Source of the DNA: an uncultured Clostridia bacterium
Lineage (GTDB): Bacteria; Bacillota; Clostridia; Oscillospirales; CAG-272
Assembly (NCBI GenBank): GCA_937894775.1
Contig: CALAXC010000044.1
Span: 2,532 to 66,531, forward strand
DNA: 64,000 nt
Direction: 5' to 3'
This document shows, in pieces, positions 1 through 9,666 of this stretch; the first letter of the stretch is position 1; each line of letters starts with the position of its first letter. Below the pieces are notes generated by a model, which worked only from the letters and a program-made list of their open reading frames with translations, made no database searches and was not told where the DNA came from. The position numbers and the translations under genes are program-made.

Positions 1-284
1 GCCTTGTCATTATTTTCGATATGCTTTGCATTATTTATCGCTCTTTTTACAAGCTCTTTCATTTCCTGCTCTGTAAAAAGCTCGGTAGAAGCGCTGCCAA
101 ATCTTCCGTCAACTATACAGCGGAAACATATGCCGCCGCTTACCGTTGAAGAAAAGGAAGATATTTCATCTTTAAGAGTTTCCGCTGCTATACCCGAGGA
201 CTCCATAAAAAACACTTCATATTCCTCGAGTCCTTCATTTACCGCAGCATCAAACAGATATTGTTTTACAGAATTAAAATCCAT
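1..284 (-). CDS. PmbA/TldE-family protein, N-terminal part (gene runs off window start)
   Basis: My own minus-strand translation from ATG at 284 gives MDFNSVKQYLFDAAVNEGLEEYEVFFMESSGIAAETLKDEISSFSSTVSGGICFRCIVDGRFGSASTE... GGAGG lies 8 nt upstream. The start is 13 nt after the tldD stop, the usual tldD-pmbA pairing. Confidence 0.65.
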   Translation of the reverse strand, partial: MDFNSVKQYLFDAAVNEGLEEYEVFFMESSGIAAETLKDEISSFSSTVSGGICFRCIVDGRFGSASTELFTEQEMKELVKRAINNAKHIENNDK

Positions 285-297
285 CTATGCTTCCTCC

Positions 298-1677
298 TCA
301 TCTTCCGCCGACCGTGATCTTTTTAACTCTTATCAAGGGCTGACCTACATCGGTTGGAATGCTTCCACTGCTTGAACCGCACATTCCCTGACCCCTCTCA
401 AGATTCTGACCTACCATATCTATATCCTGAAGTATTTTAGAACCCGTTCCGATCAAGGATGCGCCTCTTACCGGTTCACATATCTTTCCGTTACGGATCA
501 TATATCCTTCTGTAACCGCAAAATTAAATGCACCTGTAAGCGGATTTACCGAACCTCCGCCCATCTGCTTTGCATACAGACCGTATTCTATAGATGCTAT
601 TATATCCTCATTTTTATCGGGACCGTTATCAATAAAAGTATTAGTCATACGTGAAGTAGGTTCATACGCATAGCTCTGTCTGCGGCTGTTACCCGTCATC
701 GGCATATTCATTCTGCGTGAACCGAGTCTATCGACCATATATCCTTTCAGAACACCTTTTTCGATAAGAACGTTTCTTTGCGTTGGATTTCCCTCGTCAT
801 CAATATTCGAAGAGCCCCAAGCGCCCGGTATAGTTCCGTCATCGATAGCCGTTATCTTTTCATTCGCTATCTTCTGTCCGAGCTTTCCGCACATTTCGGA
901 CATACCTACACCGACCTGAGTAGCTTCAAGCGAGTGTCCGCACGCCTCGTGGAAGATCACTCCGCCAAATCCGTTTTCTATAGCTACCGTCATCTGCCCT
1001 GCTTCGCAGTATCCTGCGCGGAGATTTATCATCGCTTGCTCTGCTGCACGTTTTCCCGCTTCAACAGGCGATACCGTTTCGAACATTTCAAGTCCCATTC
1101 CACGACCCGGTGAAGCAGATCCCGATTGATTTTCTCCATTATCGCTTGCAACTGCACTTACGGCAATTCGAGTTCTTGTATGTGTATCTCCGCAGAGCAA
1201 TCCTTCGGAATTTGCAACCAGAATTTCGTGTTCGACCGAAGCAAGACTTCCGCTTACCTGAGAAATAAACTGACTGTATTCCTTAGCCGAAAAGCAAGCC
1301 GAACGAAGGATATCACTCTTTTGTGAAAGTTCCGCTCTTACCGGATCGATTTTTACAGGATGGATATCGATTACCGAACGTCTGTTCAAGCATATCGAAA
1401 TAGGAGCTTTTCCCTCAGAAAGCGCATCAGCTACCGAGCTTGCGCAAAGAAGCAGACCTTCTCTTGAAATATCCGACGTTGATGCATAAACAGTTCTCTC
1501 ACCGAGAAAAACTCTTATACCTACCCCCGAAAGCACATTATCGTTGATTTTATCGATCTTTCCGTCCACGAAAGAAAGCACGTTTGACCGAGTATGCTCG
1601 CAAAATATTTCGGCAAAATCTCCACCCTTTTCAAGAGCGGTATAAAGTACTTCCTCTAATAATTCTTTTTTTACCAT
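298..1677 (-). CDS. tldD: TldD-family metalloprotease
   Basis: 459 aa with an HEACGHSLE metal-binding motif and a Gly-rich C-terminus typical of TldD/PmbA (PF01523-type). Confidence 0.88.
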   Translation of the reverse strand: MVKKELLEEVLYTALEKGGDFAEIFCEHTRSNVLSFVDGKIDKINDNVLSGVGIRVFLGERTVYASTSDISREGLLLCASSVADALSEGKAPISICLNRRSVIDIHPVKIDPVRAELSQKSDILRSACFSAKEYSQFISQVSGSLASVEHEILVANSEGLLCGDTHTRTRIAVSAVASDNGENQSGSASPGRGMGLEMFETVSPVEAGKRAAEQAMINLRAGYCEAGQMTVAIENGFGGVIFHEACGHSLEATQVGVGMSEMCGKLGQKIANEKITAIDDGTIPGAWGSSNIDDEGNPTQRNVLIEKGVLKGYMVDRLGSRRMNMPMTGNSRRQSYAYEPTSRMTNTFIDNGPDKNEDIIASIEYGLYAKQMGGGSVNPLTGAFNFAVTEGYMIRNGKICEPVRGASLIGTGSKILQDIDMVGQNLERGQGMCGSSSGSIPTDVGQPLIRVKKITVGGR

Positions 1678-1708
1678 AACACCAAAGACCTCTTTAAGTT
1701 ATTAATAT

Positions 1709-2845
1709 TCAGCTTTGACTTCTCTCTCCGAGAATATTTCTGTATTTCTGATAAAAGCTCTCAAAATATCCACCGTCAAGCGCATTTCTTATTTCTCTCG
1801 TAAGATTATTATAGAAATACAAATTATGTGCAACCGCAAGTCGCATTCCAAGTGACTCTTTAGCTTTTATAAGATGACGCACATAAGAACGGCTGTAATT
1901 TCTGCACGCATAGCATCCGCAATTTTCATCAAACGGACGTGAATCCTTTGCGTATTTTTCATTTAAAAGATTCATTTTTCCGTGCCACGTGAAAAGATTT
2001 CCGTGACGCGCATTACGGCTCGGCATAACGCAATCAAAGAAATCTACTCCCATATGCACTGCCTCAAGTATATTACAAGGAGTGCCCACTCCCATAAGAT
2101 ATCTCGGTTTATTTTTAGGCATATGAGGTTCAACCACATCAATAATTCTGTACATATCTTCCGTAGCCTCTCCGACAGCAAGGCCGCCTATAGCATATCC
2201 CGCAAGGTCGAGCTCGGCTATTTTTTGCATATGTTCAATTCTCAGATCTTCATACGTTCCGCCCTGATTTATTCCGAATAAAAGCTGATTTTTATTGATA
2301 GTTTCGGGCAAAGAATTGAGTCTGTCCATCTCAGTTTTACAACGAACAAGCCAACGAACGGTGCGCTCTGCTGAATCTTTAACGTATTTATACGGTGCGG
2401 GGTTTTCTATGCACTCATCAAATGCCATCGCAATAGTTGATGCAAGATTTGACTGTATCTGCATACTTTCCTCGGGCCCCATAAAGATCCTCTTACCGTC
2501 TATGTGTGATGCAAAGCGAACACCCTCTTCGCTTATTTTACGCAACTGCGAAAGAGAAAATACCTGAAATCCTCCGCTATCGGTAAGTATCGGCCTTTGC
2601 CAATTCATAAATTTGTGAAGACCGCCCATTTCATATATAAGTTTATCTCCCGGTCTTAAGTGGAGATGATAAGTATTTGAAAGCTCAACTTGACAGTCAA
2701 GATCGATAAGCTCACGGCTTGAAACACCGCCCTTTATCGCTGCACAAGTGCCTACATTCATAAAAACAGGAGTTTGAATATCTCCGTGTACCGTATGCAA
2801 AACACCTCTTCTTGCTCTGCCATCGGTTGCCAAAATCTCGAACAT
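1709..2845 (-). CDS. tgt: queuine tRNA-ribosyltransferase
   Basis: 378 aa. N-terminus MFEILATDGRARRG..HG.IQTPVFM.VGT, DSGGFQ, and a C-terminal CxCxxC..H zinc site (CGCYACRNYSRSYVRHL). Confidence 0.95.
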   Translation of the reverse strand: MFEILATDGRARRGVLHTVHGDIQTPVFMNVGTCAAIKGGVSSRELIDLDCQVELSNTYHLHLRPGDKLIYEMGGLHKFMNWQRPILTDSGGFQVFSLSQLRKISEEGVRFASHIDGKRIFMGPEESMQIQSNLASTIAMAFDECIENPAPYKYVKDSAERTVRWLVRCKTEMDRLNSLPETINKNQLLFGINQGGTYEDLRIEHMQKIAELDLAGYAIGGLAVGEATEDMYRIIDVVEPHMPKNKPRYLMGVGTPCNILEAVHMGVDFFDCVMPSRNARHGNLFTWHGKMNLLNEKYAKDSRPFDENCGCYACRNYSRSYVRHLIKAKESLGMRLAVAHNLYFYNNLTREIRNALDGGYFESFYQKYRNILGERSQS

Positions 2846-2904
2846 TTCTTTTTTCCTTCCGAATCCAATTATAATTAAATGATTTAATAATTAAAAAAAG
2901 CCTT

Positions 2905-4965
2905 TTAAGTTCTTTCAAACTGTCGGTCAAGCTTACTCTTCTCAATGACCATAGCAACGGGTCTTCCGTGAGGGCAAACCGTTATATCGGGAATAAGCAT
3001 AAGCTTATCAACGATAGCCTTTATCTGCTCATACGAATATTCACGTCCCGCTTTTATAGCTGCCTTACAAGATGCCTGATAAAGCGCCTTTTCAAAAATA
3101 ATATCCTTAGTAAGTCCTGCTGTACCCGTACCGCTTTTTATTCGTTCTGCCATAATAAGCATCATATCAAAAACGTAATTCGCCTCTATTCCTTCAGGAA
3201 CAGCTGTAACGTTAAGAGTATTTCTTCCCGCAGTAAACTCAAATCCTATAGCCTCAATTTCAGATCTGTAATCACAGATAGCTTGTATTTCATCGCTTGT
3301 CATCATTATTTCGATCGGTATCATAAGTATCTGCGCTGTGGTACTTATATCTTTTAAGCCTGCCTTTAACTGCTCAAATATTATACGTTCGTGGGCTGCG
3401 TGCTTATCAATAAGAAGCATCTGCGTTCCTTTTTCAACGATAACATATGAATTAAACGCCTCGCCTATAATTCTGTAATTTATCGATTCACCTTGTTTTT
3501 CTGCTTCGGTATTCTCTACAGTCGCAACGGTATTAACGGGAATGCTTTCCCGCTGATACTCGACTTTAGGTTGGATCGTTGCAACCTCATCCTTTAATGT
3601 ATCTATCGGTCGTGCTTCGGGTTTTGAAGGCTTATGCTCAACAATGGGTTGCACAGATACCGACCTGATTTCGGGCTTGTGTTCAGCCGCCACAGAAACT
3701 GCATTTTGAGGTTGCTTTGAAGATTGACCGAGATATTCCCGTCTGTATTCCTCTGCCGTAACGTGAGCAAATCGGTCGCCCTTGTTTTGCTGTTGTATAG
3801 GTTGCGGTGTAGGTGTCGGCTGAGATACAGGCGCAGGAGTTGTGCGTATTGCACTTCGGTAAAGCTCAGCTTCGACCTGACGTGACTTCATCGATTCACG
3901 TTTTCCGTCCTCGACCGGAACATAAGCATCCGTCACCCTTCTCTTTTGCGGAAAGATCTCTATATCAGGTCTTGATGAATTTCTTTCAAGCGCTGTTCTT
4001 ACCGCATAATAAACAGTTTCAAATACCGGTTTTTCATTTGAAAATTTAACCTCAAGCTTTGCGGGATGAACATTCACATCAACAAGTCTATGATCTATTT
4101 CAATAAACAAAACGCAGCACGGAAATTTTTCACTTGCTATGTATGACGTATAGGCTTGTTCAAGCGCAGCTGCCGCTGTACGGCTTTTAATGTATCTTCC
4201 GTTTATAAAGAAATTCTGATAATTTCTGTTAGCTCTTACATTGTCGGGTCTGCCTATAAACCCTTTAACGGTTATTCCGTCTGACGTAAGCTCGGTTTCG
4301 ATAAGCTTTGACGCAAACTCTCTTCCAAAAACCGCATAAACGGTGTTTTTAAGGTTTGAATCACCCGTTGTTTCTATCTTAATATTTCCGTCGATTATAA
4401 GCTTGAAGAATATATCGGGACGTGAAAGTGCTATTTTTTCAACTACCGCACTTACAGACATCGCCTCGGTGACATCTTTCTTCAAAAACTTTTTTCTTGC
4501 GGGAACGTTTGCGAAAAGATTTTCAACGATCACTGTTGTTCCGTTAGATGCGGGACGGTCGGTGACTCCGAGAATGTTTCCGCCACTCGCTTCAAGCATA
4601 GCGCCATTTACCTCATTTGCCTGCTTGGATATTATTCTGATATCCGATACCGACGCTATAGCTGCAAGCGCCTCACCTCTGAATCCAAGCGTCAGGATCC
4701 CCTCCAGATCTTCGGCATCTTTTATTTTACTCGTTGCGTGTCTGCGTATAGCAACAGGAAGATCCTCCTTCGAAATACCGCAACCGTTATCGGTAACTCG
4801 CATATACGTAACACCACCGTTTTGTATTTCAACAGTTATCGAATCGGCACCCGAGTCTATTGAATTTTCCAACAGCTCCTTTATAACAGACGACGGTCTG
4901 TCAACCACTTCACCTGCAGCAATAAGATTGGCAACCGAAAAAGACAGCACGTTTATTTTTCCCAT
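2905..4965 (-). CDS. mutL: DNA mismatch repair protein MutL
   Basis: GHKL ATPase N-terminus (ANLIAAGEVVDRPSSVIKELLENSIDSGA) and a C-terminal endonuclease/dimerisation domain. I placed the start at MGKINVL because GGAGG lies 7 nt upstream. Confidence 0.93.
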   Translation of the reverse strand: MGKINVLSFSVANLIAAGEVVDRPSSVIKELLENSIDSGADSITVEIQNGGVTYMRVTDNGCGISKEDLPVAIRRHATSKIKDAEDLEGILTLGFRGEALAAIASVSDIRIISKQANEVNGAMLEASGGNILGVTDRPASNGTTVIVENLFANVPARKKFLKKDVTEAMSVSAVVEKIALSRPDIFFKLIIDGNIKIETTGDSNLKNTVYAVFGREFASKLIETELTSDGITVKGFIGRPDNVRANRNYQNFFINGRYIKSRTAAAALEQAYTSYIASEKFPCCVLFIEIDHRLVDVNVHPAKLEVKFSNEKPVFETVYYAVRTALERNSSRPDIEIFPQKRRVTDAYVPVEDGKRESMKSRQVEAELYRSAIRTTPAPVSQPTPTPQPIQQQNKGDRFAHVTAEEYRREYLGQSSKQPQNAVSVAAEHKPEIRSVSVQPIVEHKPSKPEARPIDTLKDEVATIQPKVEYQRESIPVNTVATVENTEAEKQGESINYRIIGEAFNSYVIVEKGTQMLLIDKHAAHERIIFEQLKAGLKDISTTAQILMIPIEIMMTSDEIQAICDYRSEIEAIGFEFTAGRNTLNVTAVPEGIEANYVFDMMLIMAERIKSGTGTAGLTKDIIFEKALYQASCKAAIKAGREYSYEQIKAIVDKLMLIPDITVCPHGRPVAMVIEKSKLDRQFERT

Positions 4966-4998
4966 AGGAGTTCCTCCTTTCAAATGTTTTTGAATGTT

Positions 4999-7587
4999 TT
5001 ATTTTAATCTTTTTTGTAATCCAAACAAGAAGCTCATAGCCTCATACGGCGAAAGAGTGTTTATATCGACCGCACGAAGCTCCTCTATTACCTGTTCATT
5101 AACAAAATCGTCTATGCTTATAAGCGAATCATCAACCTCTTTAGGCTTTGAATTGCTCTCGCCTATTGCTTTAGCGGTGCTTTCAACAGATGCTAATACC
5201 TCTCTTGCTCTCTTTATGACCTCATTAGGTATTCCCGCAAGCTTTGCAACCTCAATACCGTAGCTGTCATCGGTCGAACCTCTGACTATCTTTCGTAAGA
5301 AAGTTATATTATCACCGCGCTTTTTAGCCGCTATATTATAATTAACTATACCCTCAAATTCATCTTCCATCGAAGTAAGCTCGTGATAATGCGTAGCAAA
5401 AAGCGTTTTTGCACCTATCTTTTTACTGTTTGTATATTCTACTATCGCACGTGCAATACTCATACCGTCAAAAGTTGACGTTCCTCTGCCTACTTCGTCA
5501 TATATGATAAGACTTTGCTTGGTAGCATTTCTCAAGATATAAGCAACCTCGTTCATCTCAAGCATAAAGGTCGACTGCCCGCTTGCAAGATCGTCAGATG
5601 CTCCAACTCTTGTAAAGAGCTTATCTATAACACCTATTCTTGCATCGGATGCAGGAACGAATGAGCCTATCTGAGCCATTACAACTATTATAGCCACTTG
5701 ACGCATATAAGTTGATTTACCCGCCATATTAGGCCCTGTTATCAGCATAAGACGGTTTCGCTTAGTATCAAGCTCGGCATCATTTGGAACAAAATAAGAA
5801 TCCTTAACGAATTGCTCGACTACGGGATGGCGTCCGTCTTTTATAGAAATAACATCACTTTTATCAACTTCAGGTCTTACGTATTTATTTTTAAATGCAA
5901 CCGAAGCTAAGCTTTGATAAACGTCAAGCTTTGCAAGTATAGCTGCAACCTTCTGAAGTCTTGCGCTATTATCCGAAACATACTGACGTATCTCGCAGAA
6001 TATTTCATATTCCAAAGATTGAACCTTATCGGCGGCTCCAAGTATTGTAGCTTCCATATCCTTAAGCTCTTGTGTTATATAACGTTCTCCGTTTGCAAGT
6101 GTCTGCTTGCGTATGTAGCTTTCCGGAACGGAATTTGCAAAGGATTTGGAAACTTCAATATAATAACCGAAAACCTTGTTATAACCTATTTTCAAGGTCT
6201 TGATCCCCGTTCTTGCCTTTTCTTCCTCGGCAACTCGGGATATCCAGCTTTTTCCGTCATTCATAACCGAACGGAGATAGTCAACATCGGGATTAAAGCC
6301 TTCCGCTATCATTCCGCCCTCTCTTATCGATATAGGCGGATTTTCAGCAATTGCAGTATCTATTTTTGCATATATATCTTCAAGTGTTTCAAGCTCGCCA
6401 AAAAGTCCGCTAAGCTCATCGGATCTGCATTGTGAAAGCATTTCCTTAAGCTCGGGAAGAATTTTTACGGTATTTGCAACCGCTCTGAGATCTCTTGCGT
6501 TTGCCGTTCCGTAAACTATTCTCGTTACGAGTCTTTCAAGATCAAGAACATTTGAGAGAAGTTCTTTTATCTCCTCTCTTAATATAAATGCACCCACCAG
6601 CTCTTCAACAGCATTCTGGCGCTTGGTAATATCCGAAATACACAAAAGCGGATGCTCGACCCACTGTGCCATAAGTCTTCCGCCTGCTGCACTCACGGTT
6701 TTATCAAGAACTCCAAGCAAGGACCCCTTTTTCTCCTTAGTTCTCATCGTCTGAACAAGCTCAAGATTACGTCTTGTATTAATATCCATCTCAAGATACT
6801 GTCCCTCGAAATAAATATTAAGATCCTTTATGTACGAGATATCCTTTTTCTGAGTTTCTTCCACATAAGACAAAAGCGCTCCAAGTGAAGATATTATCGC
6901 TCTGTTTTCAAGCTGCTCTTCTTTTATAATATCAGCAAACTGTTCGCTTACTCTTCTGCGCGATTCAGGATACTCAAATTGCGTAGGACGGTTATCATTA
7001 AGCATAGCGCCAAGCGAAGAACGTATAAAATCCGATATTTCCGGGATTTTAGATGCACTCAGATTGAGTATGACCTCAGACGGCATATAAGTTCCAAGCT
7101 CGTTGCGGATCTTTGTTATCATTCCGTCACCACAGAAAAATGTAGCAAAAACCTGTGCTGTTGAAACGTCGGCAAAGGACACTCCGCATTCATTCTCTCC
7201 CATATAAACAGAGCAAAGATAATTATTGCGTTTTTCGGAAAGAAGATTACTTTCGATAACCGTTCCCGGTGTTACCACACGGATAACCTCTCGCTTCACC
7301 AAGCCCTTTGCAAGCGCAGGATCTTCGGTCTGTTCGCATATAGCAACCTTATAACCTTTTCCTACGAGTGTTCCTATATATCCCTCGGAACTGTGAAACG
7401 GAACTCCGCACATAGGAGCTCGCTCAGCCTCGCCGCAATCTCTTCCGGTCAGAGTGAGCTCAAGCTCTCGCGAAGCAACGATTGCATCGTCAAAAAACAT
7501 CTCATAAAAATCACCAAGACGGTAAAAAACTATATAATCCTTATATTTATTTTTTATCTCAAAATATTGCTCCATCATCGGAGTCAT
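4999..7587 (-). CDS. mutS: DNA mismatch repair protein MutS
   Basis: 862 aa. MTPMMEQYFEIK..GDFYE mismatch-binding N-terminus, Walker A GPNMAGKST, and DEVGRGTSTFDG. Confidence 0.96.
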   Translation of the reverse strand: MTPMMEQYFEIKNKYKDYIVFYRLGDFYEMFFDDAIVASRELELTLTGRDCGEAERAPMCGVPFHSSEGYIGTLVGKGYKVAICEQTEDPALAKGLVKREVIRVVTPGTVIESNLLSEKRNNYLCSVYMGENECGVSFADVSTAQVFATFFCGDGMITKIRNELGTYMPSEVILNLSASKIPEISDFIRSSLGAMLNDNRPTQFEYPESRRRVSEQFADIIKEEQLENRAIISSLGALLSYVEETQKKDISYIKDLNIYFEGQYLEMDINTRRNLELVQTMRTKEKKGSLLGVLDKTVSAAGGRLMAQWVEHPLLCISDITKRQNAVEELVGAFILREEIKELLSNVLDLERLVTRIVYGTANARDLRAVANTVKILPELKEMLSQCRSDELSGLFGELETLEDIYAKIDTAIAENPPISIREGGMIAEGFNPDVDYLRSVMNDGKSWISRVAEEEKARTGIKTLKIGYNKVFGYYIEVSKSFANSVPESYIRKQTLANGERYITQELKDMEATILGAADKVQSLEYEIFCEIRQYVSDNSARLQKVAAILAKLDVYQSLASVAFKNKYVRPEVDKSDVISIKDGRHPVVEQFVKDSYFVPNDAELDTKRNRLMLITGPNMAGKSTYMRQVAIIVVMAQIGSFVPASDARIGVIDKLFTRVGASDDLASGQSTFMLEMNEVAYILRNATKQSLIIYDEVGRGTSTFDGMSIARAIVEYTNSKKIGAKTLFATHYHELTSMEDEFEGIVNYNIAAKKRGDNITFLRKIVRGSTDDSYGIEVAKLAGIPNEVIKRAREVLASVESTAKAIGESNSKPKEVDDSLISIDDFVNEQVIEELRAVDINTLSPYEAMSFLFGLQKRLK

Positions 7588-7632
7588 AGCGAAATCCTCA
7601 CTTTGTCAAAATTAAATATGATCAGATACAGA

Positions 7633-8022
7633 TCAATGTGCACAAGAACCACCGCAAGTAGAACAGTTATGTGTACATCCGGGAAGCTCACCCGTGATCT
7701 CAAACGATATCGTATTATTGATAGCATTCATAAGCTCATTGACCTCTGCCTGAGCCTCGTTAAGCTCTATAAATACAGGATGTTCCATAATAAGTTTATA
7801 AAGCTCGTCTATTCTCTTCTGAATAACATCTATAAACAAAGTATCGCGTTCTTCTTTTGTTATCTCCACCTGCAGAGCTTTCTGCTGAACCTCATACTCC
7901 ACCATATATTTTTGAATTTCGTTATCGCCCTCATAAGCCTTTTTGGCATTTGCAAGGCGAACAAGCTTTTCATCCTCTTTAAGAGCTTTTCCAAGCTGAG
8001 AAGCAAGTTCAAAAGCAGTCAT
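7633..8022 (-). CDS. YlbF/YmcA-family protein with C-terminal Cys cluster
   Basis: 129 aa, helical, K/E-rich YlbF-like sequence (LGKALKEDEKLVRL..AKKAYEGD..IQKYMVEYE). It ends in GCTHNCSTCGGSCAH. Confidence 0.6.
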   Translation of the reverse strand: MTAFELASQLGKALKEDEKLVRLANAKKAYEGDNEIQKYMVEYEVQQKALQVEITKEERDTLFIDVIQKRIDELYKLIMEHPVFIELNEAQAEVNELMNAINNTISFEITGELPGCTHNCSTCGGSCAH

Positions 8023-8068
8023 ATTTTATTCCTCTTTTCTGTTTTTTATTTGAATTTTAAAATTAATA

Positions 8069-9490
8069 CTAAATTATTTTTCCGTAAAGCGCAAAAGTAT
8101 CTCCGCGCTCGATTTTTACATTTACAAATTTTCCGATATTTTCAGGACAAGGCTCAAAGAAAACTATTTTGCCGCCCTCACTTCTTCCGTAAAAGGTAGT
8201 TGCATCATTCTTGCTCTCGCCCTCACACAGGATTCTTAAGACTTTGCCTTCTTCTGTTTTATTCTTTTCAAGCGCTATATCGTTTTGCAACGTCAACATA
8301 CGTTCAAATCTTGCTTGCTTGATCTCCTGCGGGATCTGCTCCATCTCTGCTGCGGGTGTTCCCTTTCTGGGTGAATAAAGAAATGAAAAGATCATATCAA
8401 AGCGAGCTCTCTTGAGTGCTTTTAGTGTGTCCTCAAAATCAGAATCGGTTTCGGTTGGAAAGCCAACTATTATATCCGAGCTGACGGTGCATTCGGGCAT
8501 TTTTTCACGTATATAATCGAGAATATCCATATATTTTTCGATACTGTATCTACGGTTCATCGCCTTAAGCACAGATGTGCTTCCCGACTGCATCGGTAGA
8601 TGAAAATGTCTTGCAACATGCTTGGAATTTGCCATAACGTCTATAAGCTTTTTCGAAGCATTTTTCGGATGACTCGTCATAAAGTGAAGAATATAATCAC
8701 CCTCTATCTGATCAAGCTCATACAAAAGATCTGCAAAATCATATTCAGAGCCAAAATCGCTACCGTAGGAATTTACATTCTGTCCAAGCAAGGTTATATC
8801 CTTATATCCGTCTGCAACAAGCTGTTTGACCTCGGATATAACGTCTTCTTTTTTACGGCTTCGTTCTCTTCCTCTTACATAGGGTACTATACAGTATGAA
8901 CAAAAATTATTGCATCCATACATAACGGATACCCACGCTTTGAAAGAATTTTCTCTGCAGACGGGCAACCCCTCGGCAAAAGAATATACACCGTCATCGG
9001 AAGAAAATATACGGCGTCCGCCATTTCGTCGGCTCAATATATATTCAGGAAGCTTATGGAGAATCGAAGGACCTAAAAGTATATCAACATACGGATATCT
9101 GTGTTTTATTTCATCGATTCGATGTTCCTGCACCACCATACAGCCACACACTGCTATGATAAGCTGAGGGTTTTTGGTTTTTATATGCTTGTACTGACCT
9201 ATCAAGGATAAGGCTCTCTTTTCAGCGTGCTCACGAATCGCGCAAGTATTGACTATTATAAGCGACGCATCATCGGGAACGTTTGTTTTTTCATATCCCA
9301 TTTCCAAAGCCATTCCCATCAGCTTTTCACTATCAGCCTCATTCTGTTGACATCCCAGTGTTAAAACAAAAACCTTAGGTGCGCTTGCATATTCTTTTTT
9401 ATAATTATTATTAAGAGCAAAAACCTGCATCATACAATCTTTTTGCTTTTCTATATCAAGATGTGAAATAGCTTTTATAGCCTCTGACAT
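8069..9490 (-). CDS. miaB: tRNA-2-methylthio-N6-dimethylallyladenosine synthase MiaB
   Basis: 473 aa. UPF0004 N-terminal domain (TLGCQQNEADSE), radical-SAM CNNFCSYCIVP, and a C-terminal TRAM domain. Confidence 0.9.
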   Translation of the reverse strand: MSEAIKAISHLDIEKQKDCMMQVFALNNNYKKEYASAPKVFVLTLGCQQNEADSEKLMGMALEMGYEKTNVPDDASLIIVNTCAIREHAEKRALSLIGQYKHIKTKNPQLIIAVCGCMVVQEHRIDEIKHRYPYVDILLGPSILHKLPEYILSRRNGGRRIFSSDDGVYSFAEGLPVCRENSFKAWVSVMYGCNNFCSYCIVPYVRGRERSRKKEDVISEVKQLVADGYKDITLLGQNVNSYGSDFGSEYDFADLLYELDQIEGDYILHFMTSHPKNASKKLIDVMANSKHVARHFHLPMQSGSTSVLKAMNRRYSIEKYMDILDYIREKMPECTVSSDIIVGFPTETDSDFEDTLKALKRARFDMIFSFLYSPRKGTPAAEMEQIPQEIKQARFERMLTLQNDIALEKNKTEEGKVLRILCEGESKNDATTFYGRSEGGKIVFFEPCPENIGKFVNVKIERGDTFALYGKII

Positions 9491-9556
9491 AAAGTAAAAT
9501 TACCTTCCGTTTTTTTAATAAAATATAAATAGGCATTATAATCCACTATAAAGAAT

Positions 9557-9585
9557 ATTATAATATATTTTGAAGATTTTGTCAA
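9557..9585 (-). promoter_or_regulatory. SigA-type promoter upstream of miaB
   Basis: The minus strand reads TTGACA-17 nt-TATAAT (plus-strand tgtcaa 9580-9585, attata 9557-9562). Confidence 0.6.
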
Positions 9586-9613
9586 GATGAAGAGATTATT
9601 TTACCGCTAAAAA

Positions 9614-9639
9614 GGACTAAGAATTTTCATTCTTAGCCC
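9614..9639 (-). terminator. rho-independent terminator after the lipoprotein gene
   Basis: Hairpin ggactaagaat/attcttagccc with a 4-nt loop, flanked by T/A runs on both strands. Confidence 0.6.
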
Positions 9640-9666
9640 TTTTTATTTTTATTGAAATTAAATCGA

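Noticed and set aside
7393-8199. 268-aa plus-strand ORF spanning the mutS start, the ylbF-like gene and the miaB end.
   Set aside because: It crosses two intergenic regions antisense to three well-supported genes. Its AT-rich Ile/Leu/Lys/Phe composition points to a spurious ORF.
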